From NCBI RefSeq assembly GCF_004010195.1, contig NC_057749.1, positions 13,390,543 through 13,454,542 on the forward strand: DNA of 64,000 bases, in the 5' to 3' direction. The position numbers were made by a program, and so were the translations under genes. Source of the DNA: Chiloscyllium plagiosum. Taxonomy: Eukaryota. Positions within the stretch are counted from its first letter, which is position 1. Every line of letters starts with the position of its first letter. The notes under the pieces were generated by a model. It did not search any database. It was not told the DNA's origin and worked only from the letters and a program-made list of their open reading frames with translations. Positions 13,895-27,819 of the stretch are shown here, in pieces.

Positions 13895-14823
13895 CATCTG
13901 GTTCAATTAAGTTCTTTAGGGACATTCTTAACCCAACGCTGTCTGGCCTACATGCAAGCACAGACGCACAGCAATGCAATTGACTCTTAATTGACCTCTG
14001 AAATGACCTATCAAGCTACTCAGTTGTATTAATCAGTACATTGAAAGCACTGTGAGTAGACAATGGGCTCACTATGACCTTCCCAAGGGCACTTAGGTTT
14101 GGGAAACAAATGCTGGCTCCTGCCAGTAGTGCTTACATCCCAAAAATGAATATGAAACAAATATGATAGGGCACACTGTCCCCTTGTCAAGTAATACCCA
14201 ATACTAGCTGTTACATACTGAGGTACAACTGAAGCATATTTATTAAGAGTTTTTCAGAAAGTAATCTATTTATGGTGAATTTTGATACCTCAGTTTTTAG
14301 AAATAAGTATGTTTCATCAAATCTCATCACTATCTCCTGCAATCTATTTGTTCCCAAATTCAAAGCTTGCTATCAGTTGAGAGTTACCTCTCTCCAGATC
14401 ATTTCATCTTTGATCTGCAAAATGAGCCCTAGGCTTCCTAATAACAGAAAAACAGAAATGAAAGACTTGTACTTACATAATGTTCTTCATAACTTCAAGA
14501 GATTGCAAACCTTACTTCTTCTTGAACTCCCAAAATAGAGTTACTGTTGCAGAGTGGCAACTGTTTTGTGCACAGCAAGATCCCACAAACTGCAGAGTGA
14601 TAAGGACCAGACAATGTGTTTAATTGATCCTGGTTGAGGACTGGGTTGCTCTGAACTTTTTATTTCTCAGTCTTCTGATTTATTCCTGTGATCGGTATTG
14701 CTGGTTCTTATTTCTTTATTTTTCTAATTCTTTATCCTAAGAACTTGTACTGAAGAATCTGTACCTAGGTACCTTGTTCCTAAGATGGCACCGGAAGTGG
14801 CAACTTCTAAAGTTTTCACTGCA

Positions 14824-15043
14824 CAGTCAGTTCTGCTATAACACATTAGTTCTGTTCTCGTGCAATCTCATGTATAAGAAAATCATGTAACAGCAGTACC
14901 ATTTAAACTAATGGGACCGGGAAATCATGTTATAACCAATACACACTTTAAAATTTTGCACTTTAGAAACAGTGTCCCCAATTAATCAATTGTGTTATAG
15001 TGAAATTGTGTTAACAAAATGCGCATTATAGCAGAATGGCCTG
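14824..15043. mobile_element. Tc1/mariner-Tigger-like MITE inserted in a LINE 3' UTR
   Basis: imperfect TIRs cagtcagttctgctataa / ttatagcagaatggcctg followed by TA; the host tail ttttcactg|...actcatttgagcacatgtgacaataaa resumes after it. Confidence 0.65.
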
Positions 15044-15344
15044 TACTCATTTGAGCACATGTGACAATAAAGCTAATTTAGTGTTAAAACTATTGATGGG
15101 ACATTGGGGAGAACTCACCTACCTTTCTTGGATATAGCTGCATAGAGTCAATTACTTCTACCAGACAGTGCAAACAGGACATTAGGTTAACATTTCATCT
15201 GAAAAATAACACATCTGATGGTACAGAGCACCCTTAGCACTGAATTGGAGTGTTAGTGTATTTAATGCGCATTTGATGATGATCGTTACGATGATTAATG
15301 CAAGTGTCAATCAGTCCTGGATCAGGACTAGAACCAAAGTTAAG

Positions 15345-15920
15345 ATACTTTAGTTAAAACTTTAGTTAGGCCGCATTTGAAATATTGCATGCAGTTCTGA
15401 TCACCACACTACCAGAAGGATGCCAATGCTTTTGAGAGGGTGCAGAGCAGGTTTATCTGGATGTTGCCTGGTCTGGAGGGTTTTTGTTATGAGGAGAGGT
15501 TGGATAAACTCCGACTGTTTTTTCTGAAAAGACAGAGGCTGTTGGGTGACCTGATAAAAGTCTACAAAATTATGAGAGGCACAGATAGGGTGGATAGTCA
15601 AAGGTTTTCTTTTCCCCAGAGTGGAAAGGTCAACTACAAGAAGGCACAAGTTCAAGGTGAGAGGGGAAAAGTTTAGGGGAGAAATGTGGGGAAAATGTTT
15701 CACCCAGAAGGTGGTGGGGTCCTGGAACACACTGTTAGTGGAGGTGGTGGATGCAGGCATGTTAGCAACATTTAAAGTGTATCTTGATAGACACATGAAG
15801 GGGAGGTGAACAGAAGGATAGAAACCACGCATATGCAATAAGTAGCAGATCTAAATAAGGGTTAGGAATCAGCACAGGCTTGGTGGGCCGAAGAGCCTGT
15901 GCCTATGCTGTGTTGTATTG
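15345..15920 (+). mobile_element. CR1 LINE 3' fragment
   Basis: YEERLDKL, GDLIKVYKIM, FTQKVVGSWN; tail-to-tail with the 16170 copy. Confidence 0.85.
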
Positions 15921-16169
15921 CAGTGTGTATTGTATTGGATGTACTGCAGTCTGAGATAAATACAGAAAGTGCTGGAGAAAATTATCAGGTGTGGCAGTAT
16001 CTGTGAAGTAAGAGAAACAGAGTTGATGGTTCCAGTCCAGTATGACTCTTCACAGAATGGTTACAGTACAGAATAATATCATTTAGCCTATTGTTTCTGG
16101 GCCAGCTCTCCAAATCAGCAAGCCCGCTGTAAGTGTTGAAGGTTTGCAGCTTTTATGGTGGGTCTGAGA

Positions 16170-17820
16170 GGAACATAGAACACAGACAGTACAACTCAGG
16201 AATTGGTCTTTCGGCCCACCATAACTATTACGATCATGATGCCATTCTAAACTAATCCCATGTGCCTACACAGGGTCTGAATCCCTCAGTTCCCTGCCTA
16301 TTCATGTGTCTGTATAAATGCCTCTTAAATGTTGCTATTGTATCTGATTCTACCACCTCCCCCAGCAGCATGTTCCAGGCATTTACCACCCGCTGTGTAA
16401 AATACTTACCTCGTACATTTCTCCCTCTCATCCTTAAAACTATGCCCCCTGGTATTTGACATTTCCATCCTGGGAAAAAGACTCCGACTATTCATTCTAT
16501 CCAAGCCTCATAACTTGGATCAGGTCACCCCTCAGTTTTCAGTGCTGTCACAAAAGCAAACTAAATTTGTCCAACCATTCCTTATAGGTAATACACTCCA
16601 ATCCAGACATCATCCAGGTAGACCTCTTTTTGCACCGTCTCCATGGCCTCCTCATTCTTCCTATAGTCTGGCAGCCAGAACTGTGCACAATACTCCAAAT
16701 GTGGCATAACTAAAGTTGTATACAGCTGCAACATAATTTGCCAACTTTTATACTCAATGTCCCGACCGATGAAGGCAAGCATGCTGTATACCTTTTTTAC
16801 CATTTGTACCACCTTATCCATTTGTGTTGCCACTTTTGTAGAGCTATGGATTTGCATCCCAAGATCCCTCTGTATATCAATGCTCCTAAGGATTCTGCCA
16901 TTTACTGTGTAGTTACCTCTTGCTTTTGACCTCCCAAGTTGTATCATCTCACACTTGTCCAGGTTATCTCCATCCGCCATGTCTCTGCCCAACTTTCCAA
17001 CTGATCTAACTTCTGCTGTATCCTATGACAAACTTCCTCACTATCCACAACTCCACCAATCTTTGTGATGTCTTCAAACTTATTAATCCAAATAATTGAT
17101 ATGTATTACAAAAAACAGAGGTCCCAGCACTGATCCTTGTGAAACACCATTGGTTACAGACTTTCAATTGGAAAACAACCCCTCCACAACTACCCTCTGT
17201 CTGCTTTGACCCAGCCAATTTTGTATCCAACTTGCCAAGTAATCATGGATCCCAAACAACTTAATCTTCTGAACCGGCCTCCCATGAGGGACCTTGTCAA
17301 GTGCTTTATTAAAGTCCATGTAGAATATATCCAAAGCCCTACTGTCATCATCTCATCACTTCCTCAAAGAAACGCAATCTAATTTGTGAGACAAGATCTC
17401 TCTCCACAAAGTCTATCCCTAATACATCCATTTTTTTCTAAATGTGAGTAAATCCTGTCCCTAAGAATCTTCTTCAATAATTTCCCTACCACTGAGGTGA
17501 GGTTCACTGGCCTATAACTATTTGGATTATGCCTGTTCTCCTTCATCCACAAAGGAACAACATTGGCAATTCTCCAGTCTTCTGAGACATCTCCTGTAGC
17601 TAAAGAGGATACAAAGGTCTCTGTCAAAGTTCCAGCAATCTCCTCCCTTGCCTCCCTCAGTATCATGAGACAGATCCCATCAGATTTTGGGGACTTATCT
17701 AGAGTCATATAGTCATACAGCACAGAAATCGATCCTTTGGTCCAACCAGTCCATGCTGAACATAATCCCAAGCTAAACTAGTCCCACCTGCCTGCTCCTG
17801 TCCCATATCCCTCCAAAACT
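16170..17820 (-). mobile_element. Degenerate CR1 LINE fragment (with a short nested CR1 3' end at about 17700-17817)
   Basis: YRPVNLTSVVGKLL, PHLEYCAQFW in broken frames; 3' tail gaacatagaac. Confidence 0.88.
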
Positions 17821-18864
17821 TACTTTAATGTTTTTCATTACCAGTTGTTTGCACTAATCTTAAAATAAAGAAGGGGAAGGTTTAGGGTTATCAGGGTGAA
17901 CAGACAAATGAGATACCCTTTTATCCAGTAGGGCAAAGTATCCTTTCACACAAGCAATTAGTGAAACTGGATAGGAAAAGGAAAGATGTGGAGAAAGTGG
18001 GGAGAAGTTGGGATTGGAATAGATACCCCAATGCCTCGTGCCCACATCGGGTAAACAAAATGGCCCCCTTCTGGAACAGAAATTTCTCCAGTTCTGGGAA
18101 ATTACCGCGTTGGACCTAACTCAGGGACAATGCTCCCCTGTCACAGTTTCCTGGTCCAGAGGTCGCATATTGGGTCCACCAGAAAAAACATCTCTTTGGC
18201 AAGAGGAATCTTTCAAGTAAGCACAGGTCCAACCAGACTAACCACCCTATCTGATTAAAGAATGGAATTGGATGTTGAATTTCAAAATGACAGAGGGGAA
18301 AATCAATATTAAGTGGAATTTCATCCTAATTAATGATTCTATTGATTATGAAAGCAATGGGTCATGTAATAATGACTTTCCGCCTTTAGGTGAAGCTAAT
18401 GATTTTATCAATATTAATCAGCCTGGAATATTTATAATCACATGCTTGTGACCTCTAGAGGCAGGATAAGACTGTTGATGAATCTCTCCACTCTTTCGGA
18501 CACTATAGTTATTGACCTACCCATTCCCTTGTGCGCTATTTTAACACAGTCATTAACCCAGTCAAAACAAATAACAGAAAAACCTGCATTCATATAGCAT
18601 CCTTCAAAACCTCATGACATGACTAAGCATTTTACAGGAAATGAAGTACTTTTGAAATTTGTCATTGATCGCATGCAGGAAATGCAGCAGCCAATTTGTG
18701 CACTGAAAGATCCCATAAACAGGCATGAGATAATGACTAAATTATTTATTTCAGGCATATCAGTAAAGGGATAAATGTAAGCCAGGAGATGGGGAGAACT
18801 CCCTTGCTTTTCTTTGAAATAGTGCACTAGTATATTTCATACCCCCCTGATAGGACCGACCCTT

Positions 18865-19572
18865 GGTCTGAAGGTGGCAGATTCAAGGACTTGAGCACAT
18901 CATTGAGGCTGATGGTCCAGTGCAGTACTGAAGGAGTGCAGCACTGCCAGAGGGTCAGTCCTGAGGGAGTGCTGCACTGTCAGAGGGTCAGTATTGAGGG
19001 AGTGTCGCACTGTTGAAGGGTCAATACTGAGGGAGCGCCGCACTGTGAGAAGGTCAGTACTGAGCCAGTGCAGCACTGTCAGATGGTCAGCGCTGAGGAA
19101 ATTCCGCACTGTCCAAGAGTCAGTACTGAGCGAGTGTTGCGCTGCCAGAGGGTAAGTGCTGAGGGAATGCAGCACTATCAGAGGGTCAATATTGAGAGAG
19201 TGTTGCACTGTCGAAGGGTCAGTGCTGAGGGAGTGCAGCACCATTGGAGGGTCAATACTGAATGAATGCAGCAATGTCAGCGGGTCAGTACTGAGTGGAT
19301 GCAGCACTGTCGGAGGGTCAATACTGAGGGAGTGCAGCACTGTCAGAGGGTCAGTGCTGAGGGAGTGCAGCACTGTCAGAGGGTCTTTCAGATGTCACAC
19401 CTCTCAAATGGCCGTAATAATATTGCAACACTGTTCAAAGAGGAGATTCCCTCCATCTAGCCCTGGCCATTATTTATTCCTCGACCAAAGTAGATTATCC
19501 AGTCATTATCACTTTGCTGTCTATGGAAGCTTGCTATGCACAAATTGACTTGTGTTTCATACATAACAACAG
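18865..19572 (+). mobile_element. Old Deu-domain-like SINE hosting an expanded minisatellite
   Basis: head ggacttgagcac...cagtgcagtactg, tail ttgctgtctatggaagcttgctatgcacaaattg. Unexpanded relatives at about 8265-8670 (+), 48715-49120 (+), 34000-34200 (-). Confidence 0.6.
18923..19384. repeat. 33-bp minisatellite, 14 units
   Basis: consensus cagtactgagggagtgcagcactgtcagagggt; units start every 33 bp from 18923 to 19352 with no indels. Confidence 0.97.
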
Positions 19573-20200
19573 CATCGAGAGGCAGCATGGTGGCTCATAG
19601 CACCAAGTACCTGGGTTCAATTCCACCCTCGGGCAATCCTCTGGGTGGTGTTTGCACATTCTCTCCCTGTGTCTACATGGGTTTCCTCCGGGTACTCCAG
19701 TTTTCTCCCACAGTCTAAAAATGTGTATGTTTGGTGGATTGGCAATGGGAAATTACCTGTAGTGTCAAAACATGTGCAGGCTAGTTGAGTTAGCCATGAG
19801 AAATGTAGGGTGATAGGGTTGGTCTGGGTGGAACGCTTTTCCGAGAGTCAGTGTGGACTCAATGGGCTGAATGGCCTGCTTCAACATTGTAGGGATTCTA
19901 TGATTCTTACTAAGCTTCAAAAAGTTGCTGCAAAGCACTATGAGATGTGCTGTGAAAGGTGCTATGGAAATGCAATTTTTCTTTCTCAATCGCTTTAGTG
20001 TGGTGATGGTGAGAAGGATCCGCACAGTCAGTGGGTGAGTTTGCAATTGTAAATCTATTTTATGAAATTGAGACCTTTCTTGCTACTGATTTACATGTCT
20101 GAAGCTGCTGGTATAAAATCATTGCAGCATTCTCATATTGATTTGGCCACTTCATCCTACTCTACCCCCTCTCGACTCGCTACCCCCCCTACCCCTCCAG

Positions 20201-20291
20201 TCAGACAGCAGCAGCATTGAGAACAGCTTTTTCCAGGTCTCTGTGCATTGAGGTTCCAACTGGGAAGAGCAGAGAGTTGGAGAAAGAACAA
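20201..20291 (+). other. Candidate non-coding exon
   Basis: long C-rich pyrimidine tract ending ctccag| and aa|gtgagt donor in unique-looking sequence. Confidence 0.25.
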
Positions 20292-21783
20292 GTGAGTGAA
20301 GATTAAGAGGCCTGGAGCTATCAGAGTTCAGCCTGTAGCCTACTGGCCCCATCGCATTAGTCATTTGATTAGAACTTCCTTTGGAGATCTGAAAGAGTTT
20401 TGTTGCTCAGAGGGGAAGAAAAAATACATTGCATTCAGAGGGAGAGAGCCTTTCATAACATCAGGGCATTCTAGAGCACTTTACATCCAGGAAGGTACAT
20501 CTTATTAGAACTGCAGTCACTTTTACAGCATAGAGAAGCCAGCAATGTGTGCACAGCGAGATCCCACAGCAGAAAAAAAAAGAATATTTATGTGGGATAG
20601 TTACTGTGTATTTAGGTAAATCCACACTAGTCCCATCCCGGCATAAGAGAGAGACAACTAGCAGTTGTTTAACCTGAGGAACACCACACCTCAGGCAAGG
20701 GGAGAGGGAGAGGTTGGGAAGGTGGGACCCTTGTGGTAATCCAAAGTTAGTGCAGAACCTGCACAGTTATCATCACGCTGCATTGCAATCCAGCTGTCCA
20801 GCCAACTGAGCAAACCAACCCCTACCACATGGTTACTCTTGCATGGGATGTTGAGGGGTACATCACTGGCAAGGGCAGCATTTATTTCCCTTCCTTAAAT
20901 TGCCCTTAAACTGAGTGGCTTGTCGCTCAGCCGTTTCAGAGGTTAGTTAACCACATTGCTAGGCCAGACCAGGTAAGGGTGGAGATTTCTGTTCTTAAAG
21001 GGCATTAGTGAAGCAGACACAGTTTTAACAACAAGCAAAGACAGTTTCATCGTCACTGTCACTAGCTTTCAATTCCAGATATAATCGCATTTAAGTTTCA
21101 CCAACTGCTGTAGTTCATTGCTCAGACCATTGAGTACAGGAATTGGGACATTGTGTTACAGCTGTACAAGACATCTCTAAGGCCACATTTGGAGTACTGC
21201 ATACAATTCTGTTCACCCTGCTACAGGAATGATGTTATTAAATTGGAAAGGGTGCAAAAAGATTTACAAGGATGCTGCTGGGACTGGAGGGTTTGAGTTA
21301 TAAGGAAGGGCTGGATAGGTTCGGACACTTTCCTCTGGAGCGTAGGAGGCTGAGGGATGACTTTATAGAGGTTTAGAACATAGAACATAGAACATAACAG
21401 TGCAGTACAGGCCCTTCAGCCCTCGATGTTGCACCGACCTGTCATACCAATCTGAAGCCCATCTAACCTACACTATTCCATGTATGTCCATATGCTTGTC
21501 CAATGATGACTTAAATGTATTTAAAGTTGGCGAATCTACTACTGTTGCAGGCAAAGCATTCCATACCCTTACTACTCTCTGAGTAAAGAAACTCCCTCTG
21601 ACATCTGTCCTGTATCTATCACCCCTCAATTTAAAGCTATGCCTCCTCGTGTTCGCCGTCACCGTACTTGAAAAAAGGCTCTCCCTGTCCACCCTATCTA
21701 ACCCTCTGATTTTCTTGTATGTCTCTATTAAGTCACCTCTCAACCTTCTTCTCTCTAATGAAAACAGCCTCAAGTCCCTCAGC

Positions 21784-21847
21784 NNNNNNNNNNNNNNNNN
21801 NNNNNNNNNNNNNNNNNNNNNNNNNNNNNNNNNNNNNNNNNNNNNNN
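21784..21847. other. Assembly gap (64 N)
   Basis: N run. Confidence 1.
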
Positions 21848-23112
21848 TCCATTTGCCACCTCTCAGCCCAGCTCTGCAGCTTATCTATGTCTCTGTAACC
21901 TACAACATCCTTCACCACTATCCACAACTCCACTGACCTTAGTGTCGTCTGCAAATTTACTAATCCACCCTTCTACACCTTCATCCAGGTCGTTTATAAA
22001 AATGACAAACAACAGTGGACTCAACACTGACCCTTGCTGTACACCACTGGTAACTGGACTCCAGAATGAACATTTCCCATCAACCACCACCCTCTGTCTT
22101 CTTTCAGTAAGGCAATTACTGATCCAAACTGCTATATCTCCCACAATCCCATTCCCCGCATTTTGTAGAATGCCTTGCTGAAATCTATAAATACCACATC
22201 AACCGGCTTACTCTCATCTACCTGTTTGGTCACCTTCTCAAAGAACTCAACAAGGTTTGTGAGGCACGAACTACCCTTCACAAAACCGTGCTGACTATCC
22301 CTAATCAAATTATTATTTTCTAGATGATTGTAAATCCTATCTCTTATAACCTTTTCCAACACTTTACCAACAACTGAAGTAAGGCTCACTGGTCTATAAC
22401 TACCAGGATTGGCTCTACTCCCCTTCTTAAACAGGGGAACCACATTTGCTATCCTCCAGTCTTCTGTCACTATTCCTGTAGAAAATGACGATTTAAAGAT
22501 CAAAGCCAAAGTCTCGGCAATCTCCTCCCTGGCTTCTCAGAGGATCCTAGGATAAATCCCATCCGGCCCAGGGGACTTATCTATTTTCACACTCTGCAGG
22601 ATTTCTAATACCTCTTCCGTGTGAACCTCAATCCCACCCAGTCTAATAGCCTGTATCTCAGTATCCTCCTCGACAACATTATCGTTTCCTAGAGTGAATA
22701 CTGTCGAAAATGTTCAGTTAGTGCTTCCCATATCTCCTCTGACTCCACACACTACTTCCCACTACTATCCTTGATTGGTCCTAATCTTACTCTTGTCATT
22801 CTTTTATTCCTTAAATACCTATAGAAAGCCTTAGGGTTTACCCTGATCCTATCCGCCAACAACTTCTCATGTCTCCTCCTGGCTCTTCTGAGCTCTCTCT
22901 TTAGGTCTCCTGGCTACCTTGTCACCCTCAAGCGCCCTAACTGAGCCTTCAAATCTCATCCTAACAAACCTTCTTCCTCCACTTGACCAGAGATTCCACT
23001 TTGTAAACCACGACTCCCGCGCTGTACAGCTTCCTCCCTGCCTGATAGGTATATACTTATCGAGGACACACAGTAGCCTTACCTTGAATAAGCTCCACAT
23101 TTCTAATGTGCC

Positions 23113-23500
23113 NNNNNNNNNNNNNNNNNNNNNNNNNNNNNNNNNNNNNNNNNNNNNNNNNNNNNNNNNNNNNNNNNNNNNNNNNNNNNNNNNNNNNNNN
23201 NNNNNNNNNNNNNNNNNNNNNNNNNNNNNNNNNNNNNNNNNNNNNNNNNNNNNNNNNNNNNNNNNNNNNNNNNNNNNNNNNNNNNNNNNNNNNNNNNNNN
23301 NNNNNNNNNNNNNNNNNNNNNNNNNNNNNNNNNNNNNNNNNNNNNNNNNNNNNNNNNNNNNNNNNNNNNNNNNNNNNNNNNNNNNNNNNNNNNNNNNNNN
23401 NNNNNNNNNNNNNNNNNNNNNNNNNNNNNNNNNNNNNNNNNNNNNNNNNNNNNNNNNNNNNNNNNNNNNNNNNNNNNNNNNNNNNNNNNNNNNNNNNNNN
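23113..23500. other. Assembly gap (388 N)
   Basis: N run. Confidence 1.
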
Positions 23501-26500
23501 ATCTCATCCTAACATAAGCCTTCTTCTTCCTCTTGACCAGAGATTCGTAAACCATGGCTCCCGCGCTCTTCGTAAACCTCCCTGCCTGACAGGTACATAC
23601 TTATCTAGGACACACAGGAGCTTTTCCTTGAATAAGCTCCACATTTCTAATGTGCCTATCCCCTGCAGTTTCCTTCCCCATCCTATGCTTCCTAAATCTT
23701 GCCTAATCATATCATAATTGCCTTTCCCCCAGCTGTAACTCTTGCCCAGTGGTATACTCCTATCCCTACTCCTATCACTAAAGTAAACATAATAGAATTG
23801 TGATCGCTATCAAAGTACTCACCTATTTCCAAGTCTAACACCTGGCTGAGGTCATTACCCAGTACCAAATTTAATGTGGCTTTGCCCCTTGTTGGCCTGT
23901 CTACATACTGTGTCAGGAAGCTCTCCTGCACACACTGGACAAAAACTGACCCATCTATAGTACTCGTACTATAGTGTTCCCAGTCAATATTTGAAGTCCC
24001 CCATGACAACTACCCTGTCTCTCTCACTCCTATCGAGAATCATCTTTGCTATCTTTTCCTCTACATCTCTGGAACTATTTAGAGGCCTATAAAAAACTCC
24101 CAACAGGATGACCTCTCCTTTCCTGTTTCTAACTTCAGCCCATACTACCTCAGTTGACGAGTCCCCTAACATCCTTTCTGCAACTGTAATACTGTCCTTG
24201 ACCAACAATGCCACACCTCCCCCTCTTTTACCATCTTCTCTGTTCTTATAAAATCAAGAGAGGCTTAGATAAGGTGAATAGCCAAGATCTTTTTCCAGGG
24301 GAGTCCAAAGCTAGAGGGTATAAGTTTAAGTTGAGAGGGGAAAGATTTAAAAGGGATGTTGAGGGCAACATTTTCACACCAGAGGATGGTTGTGTATATG
24401 GATTGGGCTGCCAGAGGAAGTGGTAGAGATGGGTACAATTACATCATTTAAAAGATATTTGGACAGGTACATGGATAGAAAGGATTTAGTTGGATATGGG
24501 CCAAACGCAGGCAAATGAGACTAGTTTAGTTTGAAAACCTGGTCAGTATGAATGAGTTGGACCGAAGGGTCTGTTTCCATGCTGTAAGACTCTGTGATTC
24601 TAGTGGGATTTGAACCTGTTGCCCCCAGCATATTTATCTAAATCACTGAGTTGCTAAGTTGATCAATACTATCATGACACCATCCTCTCTCTGACAAACA
24701 GAGGCAGCAGTGTGTACCATCAAGATCCACTACAGAGACTTACCATGGCATCTTCCAAACCTGCGATCTCAACCATCCTGAAAGACTAGAGCAGCAAACT
24801 CAAGGGACACCACCAAGTTCCCCTCTGAGCCACACACAGCCCTGACTTATAAATATAATCACTATTCCTTTGTCGTCACTGGGTCAGAATCCTGGAATTC
24901 CCTTCCTAACTGCTACATGAACTGCAGCAGTTCAAAAAAAGCAGCTCACTATTGCCTCCTCCAGGGCAATTAGGAATAGGCAATAAATGTTGGCCCAACC
25001 ACCTATATCCTCCCGGTAAAAAGATGAATTTAAAAAAGTGTTAGTACTCTGTAGTATAGTCACTTATTTTTTAAAAATGGTTGGGAAGAAGAAATGCTGG
25101 AATTCAGAGAAAGCAGTGTGTCCTTGTTCAGAATCACTGGAAGGTCAATGTAGAGATATAGAAAATATTTAGGAAAGTAAATGGCATTTATATCAAGGGA
25201 CTTTTCACGTCCAGGCTTTGAATACCTTTGATGGAGATATTCAAACAGTATTACCTCTACTCGGTCATCCAATTTTCAACTGAGTTGGTAGGATTTTTTT
25301 CCCTGGTTGATGAGGAGGGTGCAATCACAATAAATAGTCAGTCACTGAACACTGTGGTGTGCAGAAATAAGTCAATGGATCTTTGGGATTCACCATCCCC
25401 GTGGATGCTCCGTCATTGAGCATGCTCAAGACTTGGAAGACGATGAACTCAGTTGACTGATTTGCTATGTAGAGTGATACCAAAAGTGTGGATTCAGCTC
25501 CCACACTGACTGAGGTTGACATGAATCTTTATCCTTCTCAATCTTTATCTTCACCTGACCCTCAGGTTAAACTCACCACTGGTTCTCTCTCTCTGATGAG
25601 AGAGTGGGACTATGGAAACTTTACAGTTTTTATATGCAAGACAGAGATCGATACATTATTGGACACTAATGAATGGGAATTGTGTGGGAAATTGGAGTAA
25701 AGGTGAAAATATTTGATCTAAGCAAAGGGAGGAGCACGCAATGTGATTTTTTTCTTATGTTTTTAAATACAGAACTAGACAATCTGTGTTTTTCTTTTAG
25801 TGATGTTGGTTAGTGATGTTGGTCCAAATTCTGGGCCAGTGCTGGAACAGGCATCTTAGAGACTGGGAACAGTCCCATGACTAAGCAGGAGGTGAGGACT
25901 GCGCAGCAAGGGATATTCGGAGCCACAGATGGTACAATGTGGCCGTGGGTTCTGAACATTTGGCGCTATCTTTGGAAGGCTGCCTCAGCCAGAGGAACTG
26001 CTCGCTCATTGCTAAATTTAAATGTTCAGAATCCCAGCTGCAGACTTTGTGCTGAGTTCAGAACAACAGAGAAACTTCAGCGGCTCAATGGGCAACAAAA
26101 GAAAACTGCATTTACGTAGCACCGTCAGCAGAGCCGAACATCCCAAAGCACTTTGCACGCAGGAAATATCGAGTCAAATTCGACATGGGGCCATGAAGAG
26201 ATATCGGCACCCAGAATCTTGGTCCAATGAGAAATTGTTAAGAAGCATCTTTATAAAGTTCTGGAATGTAAGACTTAGGAGCAGGAGTAGGCCCTTCAAC
26301 CTACAGCTTGCACTGCTGTTCAGCAAGATCGAGTCAAGCTGCTGCCTTCCACTTTTCTGTTTGCTCTTCAAATCCCTAGATTCCCTTGCCCATCAAAAAA
26401 ATCTCAGCTTTGAATAAATTCAACGCCCAAGTCTCCATTGCTTTCTGAAAAAGTGAAATCCACAAAGTTATGAGCCTCATCGTCCTCCATCCTTAAAGGG

Positions 26501-27418
26501 TGACCACTTATTCTGAAACTGTGTCCCCTCATTTTCATCTCCCTCCCCATCTACCTTGTCAAATCCCTTCAGAATCTGCTAGGCTTCAATGAGATCACCT
26601 CTCATTGTTCTCCAGTCCAATGGAAAAAGCCCAACTTGTTCTCATGAGATAAGCACCTACATCCCAAGGGAGTGTAGAAGGTTCAAGGTTCAAAAGGCAG
26701 AAGGCATGGCTGCAAAAGAACAGAATTTGTGGGAATGTTGAGATCTTGGAGAATTGCAAGGGCAGGAAGAAGTTATAGAAATAGAGATAGGGGAAGAGAC
26801 CACATGAAACTAAACGCAAGATGAGCACTTAAAACCTATTGATGATGCTGGACCAGGAACCATCAGCTTAGTGAGCACAGGAGCGATAGGTAAGGTATGG
26901 ACCACAGAGGTTTAGATGAGCTGCAGGTTATGAAAAGCATGGAGGTCAGCAGACCATTCAGTAGAGCATTGACATAGTCAACACTGGAGATGACAAAAGC
27001 AAGGATAATGCTCCATCACAGGGGAATCATAAAGATGGGGTGTAAAGCATCCCAGAAAGAATCAATGAGTTTTCAATGTGATTAGCTGAGGCTTGTAGGT
27101 TTGATTTCCCATCTATGCTGAGGTTACTGATCCCAATTGATGTGTCATTGGGGTCACTAAATTGCCTTCAAAGCTCTCCTGTCCTAATTAACCCCTGCTC
27201 TCGTTCTCACTATTGGATATTTCACTCAATCTCTAAACATCTCTTTCTCTCACACACTTACATTGTTTGTTAACCGATCTCTCTCTTGCACCCTCTCTCT
27301 CTTCCACTCAGTCTCCCACTCTTTCTCTCTCATCTTTTCCAACAAATAGAGCTAAGGGAGCTGATGTCATTTAGAGACAGTGACCAATTTACGTGGTGTT
27401 CTCATTATTTCCAAATAG

Positions 27419-27473
27419 ACTAAAATCTGCAGTGTCTAGCACACCTCCAGGAACCAGGTACAAAGAACATATG
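27419..27473 (+). other. Candidate upstream (5' UTR or start) exon of TMEM266
   Basis: ttatttccaaatag| acceptor-like site and ATG|gtgagta consensus donor, in apparently repeat-free DNA after a CT-rich tract; no homology support. Confidence 0.3.
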
Positions 27474-27819
27474 GTGAGTAAGAACATAGCAACTACTGTA
27501 CTTGGACAATTATCAGCTAAATAATTTTGAACTAATAATTGATAGTAAAACACACTAGTAATAATAAAATAATTACCGTTATTATTACAGCTAATTAATA
27601 ATAGCCGAGTGAACAGTCTCACTATTATTAAAAAAAACACTTTAAGGTTTTGTCTTTGGCTCAGTGGGACAATGTGGACGACAGTGTGAGAGACTGAGCC
27701 ATGAAGTTCTAGGGATGTCCTAAATGCAATTCCCAAGTTAGCTAATCTCAATCAGAGTGGCAGTGATGCTCCAGTTGATCTTGCTGAGTTATAGAGGGCA
27801 AAAGTCAAAGGATATTCGC

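Larger units (their letters stand above)
21375..24243 (-). mobile_element. CR1/HER1-type LINE, 5'-truncated, degenerate ORF2 (APE endonuclease and RT)
   Basis: fragments [51 protein letters not shown]; (CTATGTT)n 3' tail; spans two N gaps; nested in an older CR1 (about 21110-21374 and 24246-24600, +). Confidence 0.92.

Noticed and set aside
18900..19548. 130-157 aa repetitive ORFs on both strands; CRISPR-like periodicity
   Set aside because: By-product of a 33-bp tandem repeat with no unique spacers; eukaryotic context; no cas genes
22919..23717. Long ORFs of 150-203 aa
   Set aside because: Artefacts of translating through N gaps
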